DNA from: a bacterium
GTDB lineage: Bacteria; SZUA-182; DTGQ01
Reading direction: 5' to 3'
Length of the DNA: 64,000 bases
Assembly (NCBI GenBank): GCA_040752695.1
Contig: JBFMGO010000009.1
Location: 9,789-73,788 of the forward strand
The notes beneath the pieces were generated by a model, which saw nothing but the letters and a program-made list of their open reading frames with translations, was not told the DNA's origin and did no database searches. Each line of letters opens with the position of its first letter. Within the stretch, counting starts at the first letter, position 1. The translations under genes and the position numbers were made by a program. Below, one piece after another: positions 19,342 through 32,621 of the stretch.

Positions 19342-20499
19342 TTAGTAGCCACGTGTACTTCTATAATGGTAAGAGGATTGCCGCCGGAATACTTGATGTC
19401 CATAGGCTCCCATTTCGTATTGGTACTTGCCTTTTGTCCTTATACACGGAGAGCCAGGCTGCAGATGGTAGTCCCCTGCCTCAGGACTAACGAACAAAGG
19501 ATCAGCATTGATATTGCCTATACCAGGAAACCATCCCTGAATATCGGAAAAGGTGATCTGGATTCTCTTACCGGAAACCTGGTCCGGATAGTTATCCCAG
19601 AGAATACTGCTTGTGATAATCGGCGCTGAAAAGTATTTAAACGTTCCACCAGAGAGTAGAAATTCCTCAACAAAGTATACCCAAACATCAAGGTTGCTCA
19701 ATACCCCGCCGCCAGAAACAGAGGCTGTGTTTTCAACAATGGTACAATTAGTGATTTTGGGTCTTGGTAAGCCGCCGCCGACAGGTATCCCCATACCAAA
19801 GGAAAGAAAAACAGCACCCTGGCAAAAAATGCCACCGCCATTGCTTGTCGAGTTTCGGGCAATGATGCAATTAGTGATGTCCGGCGAAGAATCATAAGCA
19901 CAAAAAATCCCTCCACCGCTACCCCTCTTCTCCTCCGTGGAAGTTGAGATTTCCGTTGAATTTCCCATAATGATACAATTGGTGATACTTGGCGAGGAGG
20001 AAACGCAATAAATCCCTCCACCACACTGACCGGCTGAATTCCCGATGATCATGCAGTTGCTGATGGTCGGAGAGGAGTAGTAGCAATAAATCCCTCCGCC
20101 ATATTCAGCCTTACCATTTTGCACGGTGACACCACTGAGAAGAGCATTGATGCCCAGGCGACGAAAATCGCTTCCTTCTTCGGCCTCAAACTTAACCACA
20201 TGTCCTGCCTGATTACCATCAATAATCGTCGCTGCCACTATAGCCGGATCATTGGGATCAGTACTTTTTACCGTGATGGCTTTGCCCAGGAAATGAATAT
20301 TCTCGTAGTAAATCCCCTCGTAAACCACAATGACATCTCCGCTATTGGCTCCCGCAATCGCTGCCTGAATAGTAGAATAATCATCAGGAACATGAACCTC
20401 GGAAGCCAGAGCTAAAGGATAGGCATAAACTGCCAAAACAATCAACGCGACTACTGTTCCAAGAGCAATACGGAAGGTTGATTCAGGTATTTTTTTCAT
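19342..20499 (-). CDS. Secreted right-handed parallel beta-helix repeat protein (NosD/pectate-lyase-like fold)
   Basis: Start at 'MKKIPESTFRIALGTVVALIVLAVYAYPLALA' (RBS GAGGGAA). Repeats 'GGGIYCYYSSPTISNCMIIGNSAGQCGGGIYCVSSSPSITNCIIMGNS' resemble the repeats in the 174-4037 protein. Confidence 0.65.
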   Translation of the reverse strand: MKKIPESTFRIALGTVVALIVLAVYAYPLALASEVHVPDDYSTIQAAIAGANSGDVIVVYEGIYYENIHFLGKAITVKSTDPNDPAIVAATIIDGNQAGHVVKFEAEEGSDFRRLGINALLSGVTVQNGKAEYGGGIYCYYSSPTISNCMIIGNSAGQCGGGIYCVSSSPSITNCIIMGNSTEISTSTEEKRGSGGGIFCAYDSSPDITNCIIARNSTSNGGGIFCQGAVFLSFGMGIPVGGGLPRPKITNCTIVENTASVSGGGVLSNLDVWVYFVEEFLLSGGTFKYFSAPIITSSILWDNYPDQVSGKRIQITFSDIQGWFPGIGNINADPLFVSPEAGDYHLQPGSPCIRTKGKYQYEMGAYGHQVFRRQSSYHYRSTRGY

Positions 20500-20604
20500 T
20501 GTTCCCTCGTTTGGTTGGTTAATGATGGAGAAACGCAAATCAAAGATGAATAATTTCCTTCAAAGTATAGTAAATATATCGTCATATATCTACTATACTT
20601 TTGC

Positions 20605-20640
20605 ATTTTTCGTCATTCTGAGCGAAGCCTGTCCAGAGCA
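20605..20640. repeat. Copy of dispersed repeat 'TTTTCGTCATTCTGAGCGAAGCCTGTCCAGAGCAGGC'
   Basis: Shares the 'GTCATTCTGAGCGAAG' core with the other copies. Confidence 0.6.
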
Positions 20641-20860
20641 GGCATTAAGCGGGGAGCTATGACAACGAGGCTTTCCAATGGGGGGGCCTGCAATGATGCT
20701 TCATTCTATCTGGTTATCATAATCAACATCAATTTGGCTTACTTGAATGACTCCCTGCGAGAGTTTTGGACAATTTCTCGTTGTATTGCTCATGCTCTGT
20801 CAATCTCCAATTGACGGATGAGGCAATGACTCATAGGCTCAATTTGCTCACGCGCGTCAT

Positions 20861-20892
20861 TCTGAGCCAAAGCCAGAATCCATTTCCCACTC
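20861..20892. repeat. Copy of dispersed repeat 'CGTCATTCTGAGCCAAAGCCAGAATCC'
   Basis: Imperfect inverted repeat 'ATTCTGAGC...GCCAGAAT'. Same family as above. Confidence 0.6.
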
Positions 20893-21083
20893 AATATTCA
20901 ATTGACGAGGTAATAGGCATGAGTGTCTCAAAAAACCGATATAAATTTATCTGCTATCGGTCCCGATCCTATGGAAGTATAAAGGCCATAGACAGCGAAT
21001 TAAAAAGTACAGGAGCAATTATCGCGAGGCGCAGTATAACGATTAACGATTATCATAACGCTTATCATGAGGAAGAAAGAATC

Positions 21084-21986
21084 ATGTACGAGACCATGAT
21101 CATCGGGGCAGGCATTGCGGGATTGACCGCTGGCATTTACGCTGCCAGAAAGAAAATGGATTTCCTTTGTCTAGCGAAGCAGTTTGGGGGACAGGTTCTG
21201 GAAAGCGGGGAAATTCTGAATTATCCGGGTATTGTTGAAACCAATGGTTTCGAGTTCTATGAAACCCTGCGAAAGCAGGCTGAATTCAATAAAATCCCTA
21301 TTCATGAAGGGGAAGAGGCTACCCGGATCGGAAAGCGAAGAGGCGGATTTTTCGTGGTTACAAACCGTGGTGAATATCATGCCAAATCGATCATTCTGGC
21401 AACCGGAGCCCGCGCTAAGAAGCTGAATATCCCGGGGGAAAACCGCCTTGCGAATCGGGGGGTAACCTACTGCGCCATCTGCGACGGCCCGCTCTTTGCA
21501 GGCAGGGAAGTAGCAGTTATTGGCGGAGGTAACTCTGCCCTCGAAGCGGCAGATTACCTGATGCAGATTGCCAAAAGGATTTACCTGGTCAACATCGGCA
21601 GCCAATTCGATGCTCATGAATATCTGATTGAAACGATTACCAGCAATGAAAAGGTGAACGTTATCCCTGATGCGCATACTACTGCTATTTTAGGGGAAAA
21701 GACCGTAGAGGGCATCGAGTACGAACAATATGGGGAAAAAAAGAGCCTGAAGGTGCAGGGTGTCTTCGTAGAAATCGGCCGCAGCCCTAACACGGAATTC
21801 TTGCAGGGATTCGTTGATCTTGATATCCATAACCATGTCCTGATCGATTGCAATACCCGCACCTCGGTCGATGGGGTATTCGCTGCCGGGGATTGCTCAT
21901 CTATCCATGAATATCAATATACCATCGCCGCAGGGCAAGGGTGCACTGCCTTGTTGAAGGTGGCAAAATACCTGCATGAAGTTTAA
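21084..21986 (+). CDS. trxB: Thioredoxin-disulfide reductase-like FAD/NAD(P)-dependent oxidoreductase
   Basis: FAD motif 'MIIGAGIAGLTAGIYAAR', redox-active 'CAICDG' (CxxC), NAD(P) motif 'VAVIGGGNSALEAADYL'. RBS GAGGAAG before the ATG at 21084. The longer upstream ORF extension lacks a plausible start. Confidence 0.75.
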   Translation: MYETMIIGAGIAGLTAGIYAARKKMDFLCLAKQFGGQVLESGEILNYPGIVETNGFEFYETLRKQAEFNKIPIHEGEEATRIGKRRGGFFVVTNRGEYHAKSIILATGARAKKLNIPGENRLANRGVTYCAICDGPLFAGREVAVIGGGNSALEAADYLMQIAKRIYLVNIGSQFDAHEYLIETITSNEKVNVIPDAHTTAILGEKTVEGIEYEQYGEKKSLKVQGVFVEIGRSPNTEFLQGFVDLDIHNHVLIDCNTRTSVDGVFAAGDCSSIHEYQYTIAAGQGCTALLKVAKYLHEV

Positions 21987-22280
21987 TCCTTTCAAGCTTA
22001 CCCGTCTTGTCCTCCCGTTATCCTCTTCAGAGTTATCCGACTAAGGACGAATTTTTGCACTCCCCCTTCCGATATAATGGGCAGAAGCATAGAACAACAC
22101 CGTTTTTTTATTCACCTGCTTTCTTACATACATCAAAATACATGAATCCGTTGATACACTGATAATCTGATACGCTGAGGAGGTGTCTAACAGCCTCTGG
22201 TATCTGATGGTCTCATAGTCTCATACACTGATATACTGTTACATTAATTACATTTTCAGCTCTCCCAATTCGAGGTCAGT

Positions 22281-23054
22281 ATGATTGCACATGAAGAAGG
22301 AATTCTGGACATTTTGCTTCACCATATTGGAGATGCGCCTTTAGTTCGGCTGTCTGTCTGGGGAATCGATATGAGCATTACCAAGCACCTTGTGGCTATG
22401 TGGACGGTTTGCGGCCTGCTCCTGGTTATTCTGTCTGTTGCGGCCCGGCAATTCAGCACCCGTACCCTGGACAAACCTACCCGGCTTATGGTACTTGTGG
22501 AATTTTTTGTCAATTTTATCCGTGACGATATCGTCAAGCCGTTTGTGGGGAATAACTACCGCCCCTTTTTGCCCTTTTTCTGCACGCAATTTCTCTTTAT
22601 TCTCTTCTGCAATATGCTGGGGCTCTTTCCCTTCGGGAAAACCGCCACTGCCAATCTGGCCGTAACCATGGCTCTGGCCCTGGTGACCTTTATTTTCACG
22701 CAAGTGTATGGCATGAGCCGGCAGGGAGCTATCCGGTACTGGAAGCATCTTTTACCTGAGGGGGTACCGCTGGCCCTCTCACCGATTATTGTCATGAACG
22801 AATTTGTCGGCCTTTTCAGCAAGCCCTTTGCCCTGATGATTCGACTTTTCGCCAACATGCTGGGAGGGCATATTATCCTGATTGTTCTTTTGTACCTGAT
22901 CATTATGTTTCAAAATGCCACGATTGGGCTTGGCTCTGTTCCAATGGCAGTAGCCGTGGGCTTATTGGAAATTCTTGAATGCCTGCTTCAGGCATATATT
23001 TTTACTTTCCTTTCCGCCATTTACGTGGGGATGGCCGGAAGTGAAGGGCATTAA
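22281..23054 (+). CDS. atpB: F0F1 ATP synthase subunit a
   Basis: Multi-TM protein with conserved 'LMIRLFANMLGGHIIL' (essential Arg). First gene of the atp operon. Confidence 0.85.
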   Translation: MIAHEEGILDILLHHIGDAPLVRLSVWGIDMSITKHLVAMWTVCGLLLVILSVAARQFSTRTLDKPTRLMVLVEFFVNFIRDDIVKPFVGNNYRPFLPFFCTQFLFILFCNMLGLFPFGKTATANLAVTMALALVTFIFTQVYGMSRQGAIRYWKHLLPEGVPLALSPIIVMNEFVGLFSKPFALMIRLFANMLGGHIILIVLLYLIIMFQNATIGLGSVPMAVAVGLLEILECLLQAYIFTFLSAIYVGMAGSEGH

Positions 23055-23123
23055 GTAAGACAACCGTTGCTGATTATTTTTTAATCCTACAATCCACTAT
23101 CAAAAACCCATTGAAGGAGGTAA

Positions 23124-23354
<231 letters not shown>

Positions 23355-23453
23355 CCACATCGGATCTGCCGGGTAGCCACTAAAATAAGAATTAACCACC
23401 AAGAATAAGAGAAAAGGTACAAAGAGCGGGGAAACCCAAAGGAGATCTTCCCG

Positions 23454-23984
23454 ATGTTATCGATTCTGCAAGACGGGCTGTTGAAGGTGGATCCGGGATT
23501 GTTTATCTGGACCTTGCTGACCTTTTGCCTTCTCGTGGTTCTTCTCTGGAAGCTGGTGTGGGGAAAGGTGCTCGATGGGCTGGACGGCCGGGCAACCAAG
23601 ATTGCCGGTGACCTGGATTATGCCAAAAAGGAGAGGGAAAAAGTTGATCTTCTCCTGGCCAATCGGAAGGAAACCCTGCTGAAGGCCAAGGAGGAAGCCC
23701 TGGATATTATCAATAAAAGCAAAGCTTCGGCCATTGAAATCAAAAATAAGATTTTGACTGAAGCCAAGCTCCAGGCAGAGGCACTCTTGAAAAAGGCGGA
23801 AATGGATATCGAGCAAACCAGGGCACGGGCCCTGAACGAGTTCAAAAAAGAGATTATCGAAATCTCTTTCCATCTCACGTACCGCTATTTAAAAAGAGAC
23901 ATGGAAGGGCCTAAAGGATACGAGCTCCTGGAGCATTACCTCGGCGAGTATCAGAGAGACTTCTCCCAGCTCAATCAGCATTAG
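23454..23984 (+). CDS. atpF: F0F1 ATP synthase subunit b
   Basis: N-terminal TM then a long charged coiled coil (K/E/A-rich). Operon position. Confidence 0.75.
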   Translation: MLSILQDGLLKVDPGLFIWTLLTFCLLVVLLWKLVWGKVLDGLDGRATKIAGDLDYAKKEREKVDLLLANRKETLLKAKEEALDIINKSKASAIEIKNKILTEAKLQAEALLKKAEMDIEQTRARALNEFKKEIIEISFHLTYRYLKRDMEGPKGYELLEHYLGEYQRDFSQLNQH

Positions 23985-24193
23985 GTTCGCATGAGGCTTA
24001 AACCCGGTGGTTTTGTCCGTGAAACAGTTTTGCGTTCGGGAAACTGCCTCTTGGCCCGTGAAACTGCCTTGAGCTTCCAGGAAACTGCACCAGGTTAGCG
24101 TTCGCCTCATGGAATAGCCACATGGATGGATATTGATATAGATATTGATCCATATGGATGGATATTGATTTTATAGATGATGGATAAGGAATT

Positions 24194-24760
24194 TTGGGGA
24201 TGAGAAAACAAAAAGCGGTAGTGGCTTATGCCAAGGCCCTCTTTCAGTTTGCCAAAGCCCATGAAGTAGTGGCTGAAATCGGAAAACAATTTGACTGGCT
24301 TATGGAGGTGTGGAATAACTACCCGCTGCTGCAGCGTTTTTTCCTTTCTTATGCCGTGTTTCGGGAGGAAAAGGAGGCCAAACTGGAGAGCATTTTTCAA
24401 AAAGATATGCATCCGGCGTTCCGGTCTTTTTTCCGCTTTATGGTTCGGCGAAATCACGCAGGGATTTTACCCGCTGTTCATAAGAGCTTCAACCAGTTAC
24501 AGGATGATTATTTTAACAGGCGACGGGTAAAAATCATTTCGCCCTTCCCTTTGGATGATCAATATTATCAGCGGTTTCATACCTTGTTAACCGGTTTTTT
24601 TACCCAGGATGTCATCCTGACTCCAGTAGTCGATCCGGAAATAATCGGCGGATTTATCGTAAACAGCGACTCCTTTCATATTGACTGCTCGATCAGGCAT
24701 GAATTGGAGGCATTGCGAAAGTACTTTTGTGTTCTTTCGAATAAGGGGGTGAAAAATTAA
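24194..24760 (+). CDS. atpH: F0F1 ATP synthase subunit delta (OSCP)
   Basis: 188 aa, positioned between b and alpha. Confidence 0.7.
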   Translation: MGMRKQKAVVAYAKALFQFAKAHEVVAEIGKQFDWLMEVWNNYPLLQRFFLSYAVFREEKEAKLESIFQKDMHPAFRSFFRFMVRRNHAGILPAVHKSFNQLQDDYFNRRRVKIISPFPLDDQYYQRFHTLLTGFFTQDVILTPVVDPEIIGGFIVNSDSFHIDCSIRHELEALRKYFCVLSNKGVKN

Positions 24761-26313
24761 TGAGGGTCAACATGACCGAATTATCCACGATCATCCAGAA
24801 AGAATTGGAATCGTATGAAAGCAAGCTCGAAGTGGATGAGGTGGGAGTTGTAATGGAAGTGGGGGATGGAATTGCCCGAATCAGCGGCCTTCGAAATGTC
24901 ATGGCCGGGGAAATGATCGAATTCGAGAACGGGATACAGGGGCTGGCCTTTAATCTGGAACCTGAAGCGGTAGGAGTGGTGGTTCTGGGTGATTATCTGA
25001 AAATCCGTGAAGGATGGCTGGTCAAGCGTCTCAAAAGGCTGTTATCGGTACCGGTCGGAGAGGGTTTGATCGGCCGGGTTATCGATCCTTTGGGGAATCC
25101 CCTGGATGGACGCGGCCCTATTCCTTTTAAGTACCGCAGGCTGGTCGAGAGGCCGGCACCGGGCATCACTGATCGCCAGCCCATCCGCATCCCCATGCAG
25201 ACCGGAATTAAAGCTATCGACAGCATGGTGCCTATCGGGCGGGGGCAAAGAGAGCTGATTATCGGCGACCGGAAAACCGGAAAGACAGCCATTGCCCTGG
25301 ACGCTATCCTCAACCAGAAGGAAACAGGGGTTATCTGCGTCTATGTGGCCATCGGCCAGAAGACTTCTACCATTGCCTCCTTTGTGGAGAAACTGAGAAA
25401 GCATGATGCCCTGGAGTACACGGTCATTGTCTCGGCCAGTGCCAGCACCTTCGCTCCGATGCAGTATATAGCGCCTTACGTGGGATGCACCATTGCCGAA
25501 GAATTCATGTACCAGCAGCATAAAGATACCCTGGTCATCTACGACGACCTGTCAAAACAGGCCGACGCCTATCGGCAGATTTCCCTGCTGCTGAACCGGC
25601 CGCCAGGCCGTGAGGCATATCCGGGCGACGTCTTCTACTGCCATTCCCGTCTGCTGGAGCGGGCAGGTAAATTGTCCGATAAACTCGGCGGGGGGTCCCT
25701 TACGGCCCTGCCCATTATCGAGACACAGGAAGGAGAGGTTTCGGCCTATATTCCCACCAATGTCATTTCCATTACCGACGGCCAGATCTACCTTCTGCCC
25801 AATCTCTTTGCTTCCGGCATTCGACCGGCCATAGACGTGGGAATTTCCGTGTCCCGCGTCGGTGGAAATGCTCAGACCAAAGCCATGAAAAAAGTAGCAG
25901 GTTCCCTGCGCCTCGAAATGGCTCAGTACCGTGAGCTGCTCACCTTTGCCCAGTTGGGCACGGATCTGGACAAAGCCACCCAGAAGCAGTTACAGCGGGG
26001 AGAGAAGCTGGTCGAGTTGCTGAAGCAGGTCCAATATGTGCCCATGTCCATGGAGGACCAAGTGCTGGCCCTTTTTGCCGCTACTCATGGAGGGCTGGAT
26101 ATGATTCCCAACAAGCTGATTCCGGTTTTTGAGAAGGAATTCCTGAACTACGTGCACAGCATTTACCCGGAGATTCCTGCCCTGATCAAAGATACCGGAA
26201 CCCTGGGTGATGAAGAGAAACTCGGTGAGATCCTTCAGGAATTTTGCACTAAATTTACCAGGGATCACAAAATTCAGACTCAAAGCGAAGATACGGCAGA
26301 GGGAGAGGGCTAA
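24760..26313 (+). CDS. atpA: F0F1 ATP synthase subunit alpha
   Basis: P-loop '[12 protein letters not shown]'. '[43 protein letters not shown]' is highly conserved in alpha subunits. Confidence 0.95.
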   Translation: MRVNMTELSTIIQKELESYESKLEVDEVGVVMEVGDGIARISGLRNVMAGEMIEFENGIQGLAFNLEPEAVGVVVLGDYLKIREGWLVKRLKRLLSVPVGEGLIGRVIDPLGNPLDGRGPIPFKYRRLVERPAPGITDRQPIRIPMQTGIKAIDSMVPIGRGQRELIIGDRKTGKTAIALDAILNQKETGVICVYVAIGQKTSTIASFVEKLRKHDALEYTVIVSASASTFAPMQYIAPYVGCTIAEEFMYQQHKDTLVIYDDLSKQADAYRQISLLLNRPPGREAYPGDVFYCHSRLLERAGKLSDKLGGGSLTALPIIETQEGEVSAYIPTNVISITDGQIYLLPNLFASGIRPAIDVGISVSRVGGNAQTKAMKKVAGSLRLEMAQYRELLTFAQLGTDLDKATQKQLQRGEKLVELLKQVQYVPMSMEDQVLALFAATHGGLDMIPNKLIPVFEKEFLNYVHSIYPEIPALIKDTGTLGDEEKLGEILQEFCTKFTRDHKIQTQSEDTAEGEG

Positions 26314-26318
26314 ACTCG

Positions 26319-28662
<2,344 letters not shown>

Positions 28663-28735
28663 TCCAGGAGGAAAAGATTGAGAAAACGTCCATAACAGGC
28701 AACATGAGCCCACGAGAAAGAGAGAGGGAACAACC

Positions 28736-29029
28736 ATGGCAATGGAAGGAGAGAGACAAAAGCCTTTACAGTTAAAAATCATTACCCCTGACAAAACCAT
28801 ATTTGACGACCAGGTGGATCATGTGGTCATGCCGACCACCGATGGAGAAATCGGTATTTATGCCCACCACGCTCCACTTATTACCAGAGTGAGAAAGGGG
28901 GTTGTCAGGATTCATCTCATGGACAGCCGTCTTTTCAATCTTTCTTTTGATCATGGTCTTGCCAGGACCAGGGATAATACACTTACGATTTTAATTCATG
29001 GGAATGTTAAACTGACCGAACATAATTAA
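28736..29029 (+). CDS. atpC: F0F1 ATP synthase subunit epsilon (short form)
   Basis: 'LQLKIITPDKTIFDDQVDHVVMPTTDGEIGIYAHHAPLITRVRKGVVRI' is the beta-sandwich domain. The C-terminal helices appear shortened. Confidence 0.8.
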   Translation: MAMEGERQKPLQLKIITPDKTIFDDQVDHVVMPTTDGEIGIYAHHAPLITRVRKGVVRIHLMDSRLFNLSFDHGLARTRDNTLTILIHGNVKLTEHN

Positions 29030-29361
29030 GCATTCCTCAAGGACGAAAAGCCAGAAGTCAAATGTCAGAAGCCATGTGCCAGCAGCCGGCACGCAGCATC
29101 CAAAGGGTCAGGATAAGCGCCTCTTCTTCTCTCATGTTCTGGATTCTGGCTTTTGACTTCTGAATTTGCCCCGGCCTCCTTTTCCAGCCGTCCCCAGCTT
29201 TGGAGGTTCGCTCTACACAGTCAGGCAGCCCTTATACAGACTTCCTCAACAGGTGTGTAATGTCTTTTTCCCTTTCCAGCCGAAAAAATGGATAAAGGGG
29301 ATTGGTATTTTCTGCTTTTATCTACAAACAAGTCACGCCAGCACAGATGAGGTGAGATCGT

Positions 29362-29700
29362 ATGAAAAAGCGATTCGAACGTATGCTGATCCTTTTATTG
29401 GCTTTTGCATTCCTAAGCTGTCCGGTTTTGGTCACCCGTGCCTTCGCCGAGGAGGAGAAATCTCCTCGTGAGGCAGCAGGAAAAAATAAGATCGCGAGGG
29501 TTGTTTTACAAGCTATGGGAAAATCCGAGGCTCTGCCTGATTTTCAGATAACCTTCCCGACGACGATTCAGGATCTGATCGACTCGATCCTGACTTCCGA
29601 CATGGTCTTGAGAATACAGGCAGCCCGCGATGAAAGAGTGCAAAAGAGGACGGAAAGAGTGGAAAAGTGGAAGGATTTGTTTGGGAGACAGGATTCATAA
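29362..29700 (+). CDS. Small secreted hypothetical protein
   Basis: Signal peptide 'MKKRFERMLILLLAFAFLSCPVLVTRAFA'. No recognisable domain. Confidence 0.35.
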   Translation: MKKRFERMLILLLAFAFLSCPVLVTRAFAEEEKSPREAAGKNKIARVVLQAMGKSEALPDFQITFPTTIQDLIDSILTSDMVLRIQAARDERVQKRTERVEKWKDLFGRQDS

Positions 29701-30340
29701 ATATCAGACCGGTGAAATGAATTCCTAAAGCCTTCTCCCTAACTTAGAAAGGCCGTGTTCTCGTAAAATGGCAGGAATGCGACCCGGTTTGCAGAAATGC
29801 CAAACCCCTTTTTTTACTTCCCTGCTCGAAGGACTTACCATGAAGGTTTTCCTTAAGGGCATTTCTCTTCTCCACAAGTATGCAAAAGAGTTTACAGCTT
29901 TTCGCCGGGTTGAGAATATAAGTTCTCACTCTCATACCAGGGAGTATAACGAAAATGGAGATAAGTGTAATGATTAAAATCAGTTATTCTTTTCTCCCGG
30001 AGGGGTACAGGTTTTGCAATATTTTCATTCTCTGAACACTTCAGACAGTACTCAATACACTGCGCATGAGGTACATCGCCAGTTGGAATCAGCAAGCAAC
30101 GGGCATGGTGGGCTCTTGACCCACCAAAATCAATGACATCGGGTTGGGCAAAAAAGCCCCGCCCTCAATATTCGACATCAGCGGCACAAAAGAAACTGGG
30201 GGATATTTCCTGCGGTCTGTACTCATAACCTATCCGAAAAATCCTGAAAGGTTGCATAACTCTCAGAGTCAGTTTCACCTTTCGGACAGGCTCTGAATGA
30301 GAAGGTTTTCATTGCCAACTCATGGGAGAAAATTAAATCT

Positions 30341-31264
30341 ATGTCTTACACGTTCGAACAAGTAGATGAGGCGTTAGTTCGCATTCAGAAAAACCACCCG
30401 GAGATCGAAGAAGTGATTGTATTCTACAGAGAGATACTGAAAAAGCAGTTGCAGATTAAAAGCAGCATCCATCTGCCCCCTTTCTCTCTTGCTGATGCAA
30501 AGGCAAAAGGAAAGTTTGAACATGGGATTCCGTTACTTGAGTTGAGTCTCGTCCCCGACTCCCTCAAGGTTTATGAACCCCTGGTGAAGGAGTTAACCAG
30601 GCTGTTGAAAAAAAGAGGACCGGCCGTCACGGCAGAGATAGAAAAAATTACCAAAGATATTCTGAGGGATTCTTATATCTTTATCAGTCTGGCCAATAAT
30701 TACCTGTTGCATAACTGGGCACCTATCCATGATCTGGCCAGGGCACATGAGCTCGATATCGCTCTTTTGTTTTTCTTTATCAAAAGCATTGTAAAACCCT
30801 TCGTTGAATCCCTGGCAGAGGGAATTACTACCAGTTACCAGCTTCCGCCCTGGTCGGAGTCATTGTGTCCTATCTGCGGTTCTCTCCCTGCACTGGCCTA
30901 TTTGAAGCTGGCCGATTCCAACAATAATGATAATGGACAGGAACACACCATTTGCCGGGTAAAAAAAAGATTTCTCGTCTGTTCCCTCTGCAATTACATC
31001 TGGCCTTTCCCACGGTTAAGGTGCCCTTTTTGCCAGACGGAAAGACGTGATGCCCTGCACTATTTTTGCGTAGATTCGGATGAAAAAGGATATAGGGTCG
31101 ATATATGCACGGATTGTAAAGGGTATATCAAGACCATTGATTATGAATACCAGCCACTCCCTGAAGGACTGCTCTTTCTGGAAGACCTCAACACTATCTA
31201 TCTGGATTTGATTGCTGAAAAGGAGGGCTACTGTAAAAAAGCCAAGGGGATCTTTTCCCTGTAA
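30341..31264 (+). CDS. fdhE: FdhE-like formate dehydrogenase accessory protein
   Basis: About 307 aa with four CxxC pairs in the typical FdhE arrangement ('CPICGSLP', 'CSLCNYIWPFPRLRCPFCQ', 'CTDCKGYIK'). Confidence 0.6.
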   Translation: MSYTFEQVDEALVRIQKNHPEIEEVIVFYREILKKQLQIKSSIHLPPFSLADAKAKGKFEHGIPLLELSLVPDSLKVYEPLVKELTRLLKKRGPAVTAEIEKITKDILRDSYIFISLANNYLLHNWAPIHDLARAHELDIALLFFFIKSIVKPFVESLAEGITTSYQLPPWSESLCPICGSLPALAYLKLADSNNNDNGQEHTICRVKKRFLVCSLCNYIWPFPRLRCPFCQTERRDALHYFCVDSDEKGYRVDICTDCKGYIKTIDYEYQPLPEGLLFLEDLNTIYLDLIAEKEGYCKKAKGIFSL

Positions 31265-31268
31265 GCTG

Positions 31269-31778
31269 TCAGGTGATACTGTCCATGTCCAGTTCCTGAG
31301 GCTGGTCCCTCTCTCTATCTACGATGCAGAAAAAACCGAATGGCTCTTTTCCTCTATTGATAAACTGATGCGGGGTTTTGGGCGAGATATAAACGATATC
31401 CAGGAAATTCATCTCGCGCATCTTCTCTCCCATACGCACCTGTCCTTGTCCCCGGATGCAAATAACGACATGCTCATGCTCGTGTTTTTCGAAACTGGAG
31501 AACCCGCCCTCTGCTATTTCGAAATACCGTAGGTCGAAGTGACAGGATTCACCCCTGATACCAATGATGACATTGCGTACGATGTCCGCAAAATTGCCCG
31601 GCTCCGGCTTGTAGCTTTCAGCCTGCACGCCTTCCCAGGTATAATCTGCGAAGGGGAAGAACGTGCTCCGGGTTCCTGAGGCTGGCTGATTTCCCGATGG
31701 CGCGCTGTTTTTCGGCTTCCACTCACAGGAAAAGCCTTCTTTTTCAGATTGCGGTTTCTGATCACTTTGTCGGGACAC
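31269..31778 (-). CDS. Cupin-domain protein
   Basis: 'FSSFEKHEHEHVVICIRGQGQVRMGEKMREMNFLDIVYISPKTPHQFINRGKEPFGFFCIV' is a cupin beta-barrel with a His cluster. Confidence 0.5.
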   Translation of the reverse strand: MSRQSDQKPQSEKEGFSCEWKPKNSAPSGNQPASGTRSTFFPFADYTWEGVQAESYKPEPGNFADIVRNVIIGIRGESCHFDLRYFEIAEGGFSSFEKHEHEHVVICIRGQGQVRMGEKMREMNFLDIVYISPKTPHQFINRGKEPFGFFCIVDRERDQPQELDMDSIT

Positions 31779-32044
31779 TTCTCTTTACCCCACCGTTTGT
31801 GCTTTTGATACGAAAAGACCTTTCTAAAGAGTTGTTATTTTCGCAAAAAGCGGCAGGAATTACAAGAAAAAAGGCCCCAATTCCTCTGTTTTTGCACCTT
31901 TTTGTCATTCCTTAACATTGTTTCATCCGATATATCTATTGAGCAGGAAAACCTGCTCGAGATTTCTCTCTTTAAGATCATGAAAGTGATCGAAGAGACC
32001 ATGATCAAAAAGGATCATGGAAGATTAAAAAGGAGGACAAGGCA

Positions 32045-32506
32045 ATGAAAGCACGAGACATTATGACCAGTAATCCTCGCTTTTGCCATCCACAAGATAA
32101 GCTATGCAGCGCTATTGATATCATGAAAGAAACCAATGTCGGCGGAGTGCCGGTAACGGACGGAACATCTGGTTCTCACCTCGTCGGAATTATTACGGAC
32201 CGGGATATCGCCCTCGGAATGGGAGCCGAAGAGAAAGCATGCTCTCAGATGATTGTTGAATCATGCATGAGCAAGGATATCTTTTTCGTCCATCCTGATG
32301 ATGACATCAGCAAGGTTGAACAAATCATGAAAGAGCATCAGGTCCGTCGTGTGCCGGTGGCCGATCAGGAGGGAAATTTGCAGGGAATCATTTCAACGGC
32401 CGATATAGCCAGAGAGGCCAGCAAGGAAAAAAAGACAGGACACGTTGAACTGCCCGAGACAGACGTAGCCGAGGTCCTTGAGCAGGTCTCCATGGAGCGT
32501 CACTAG
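32045..32506 (+). CDS. CBS-domain pair protein
   Basis: Two CBS repeats ('GGVPVTDGTSGSHLVGIITDRDI', 'VRRVPVADQEGNLQGIISTADI'). Confidence 0.7.
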   Translation: MKARDIMTSNPRFCHPQDKLCSAIDIMKETNVGGVPVTDGTSGSHLVGIITDRDIALGMGAEEKACSQMIVESCMSKDIFFVHPDDDISKVEQIMKEHQVRRVPVADQEGNLQGIISTADIAREASKEKKTGHVELPETDVAEVLEQVSMERH

Positions 32507-32621
32507 ATGAAAATATGATGATCTGAAGGGAAATAGGCTTTGACCTATGACCCATCATTCAATAGAGCCGGGCGGGGAACAGTGCGTGCTTTTGTCTCCG
32601 CCCGGTCTTTGTGCTCTTATT

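Noticed and set aside
20766-21083. 5' extension of the trxB-like ORF (106 extra codons)
   Set aside because: The extension overlaps dispersed repeats and has no RBS. The internal ATG at 21084 has a good SD and yields a canonical-length TrxB.
29040-29165. Long-range inverted repeat 'CAGAAGTCAAA ... TTTGACTTCTG' after atpC as a terminator
   Set aside because: The arms are about 90 nt apart with no U-tract, so it is not a canonical intrinsic terminator. It is left as unassigned structure.
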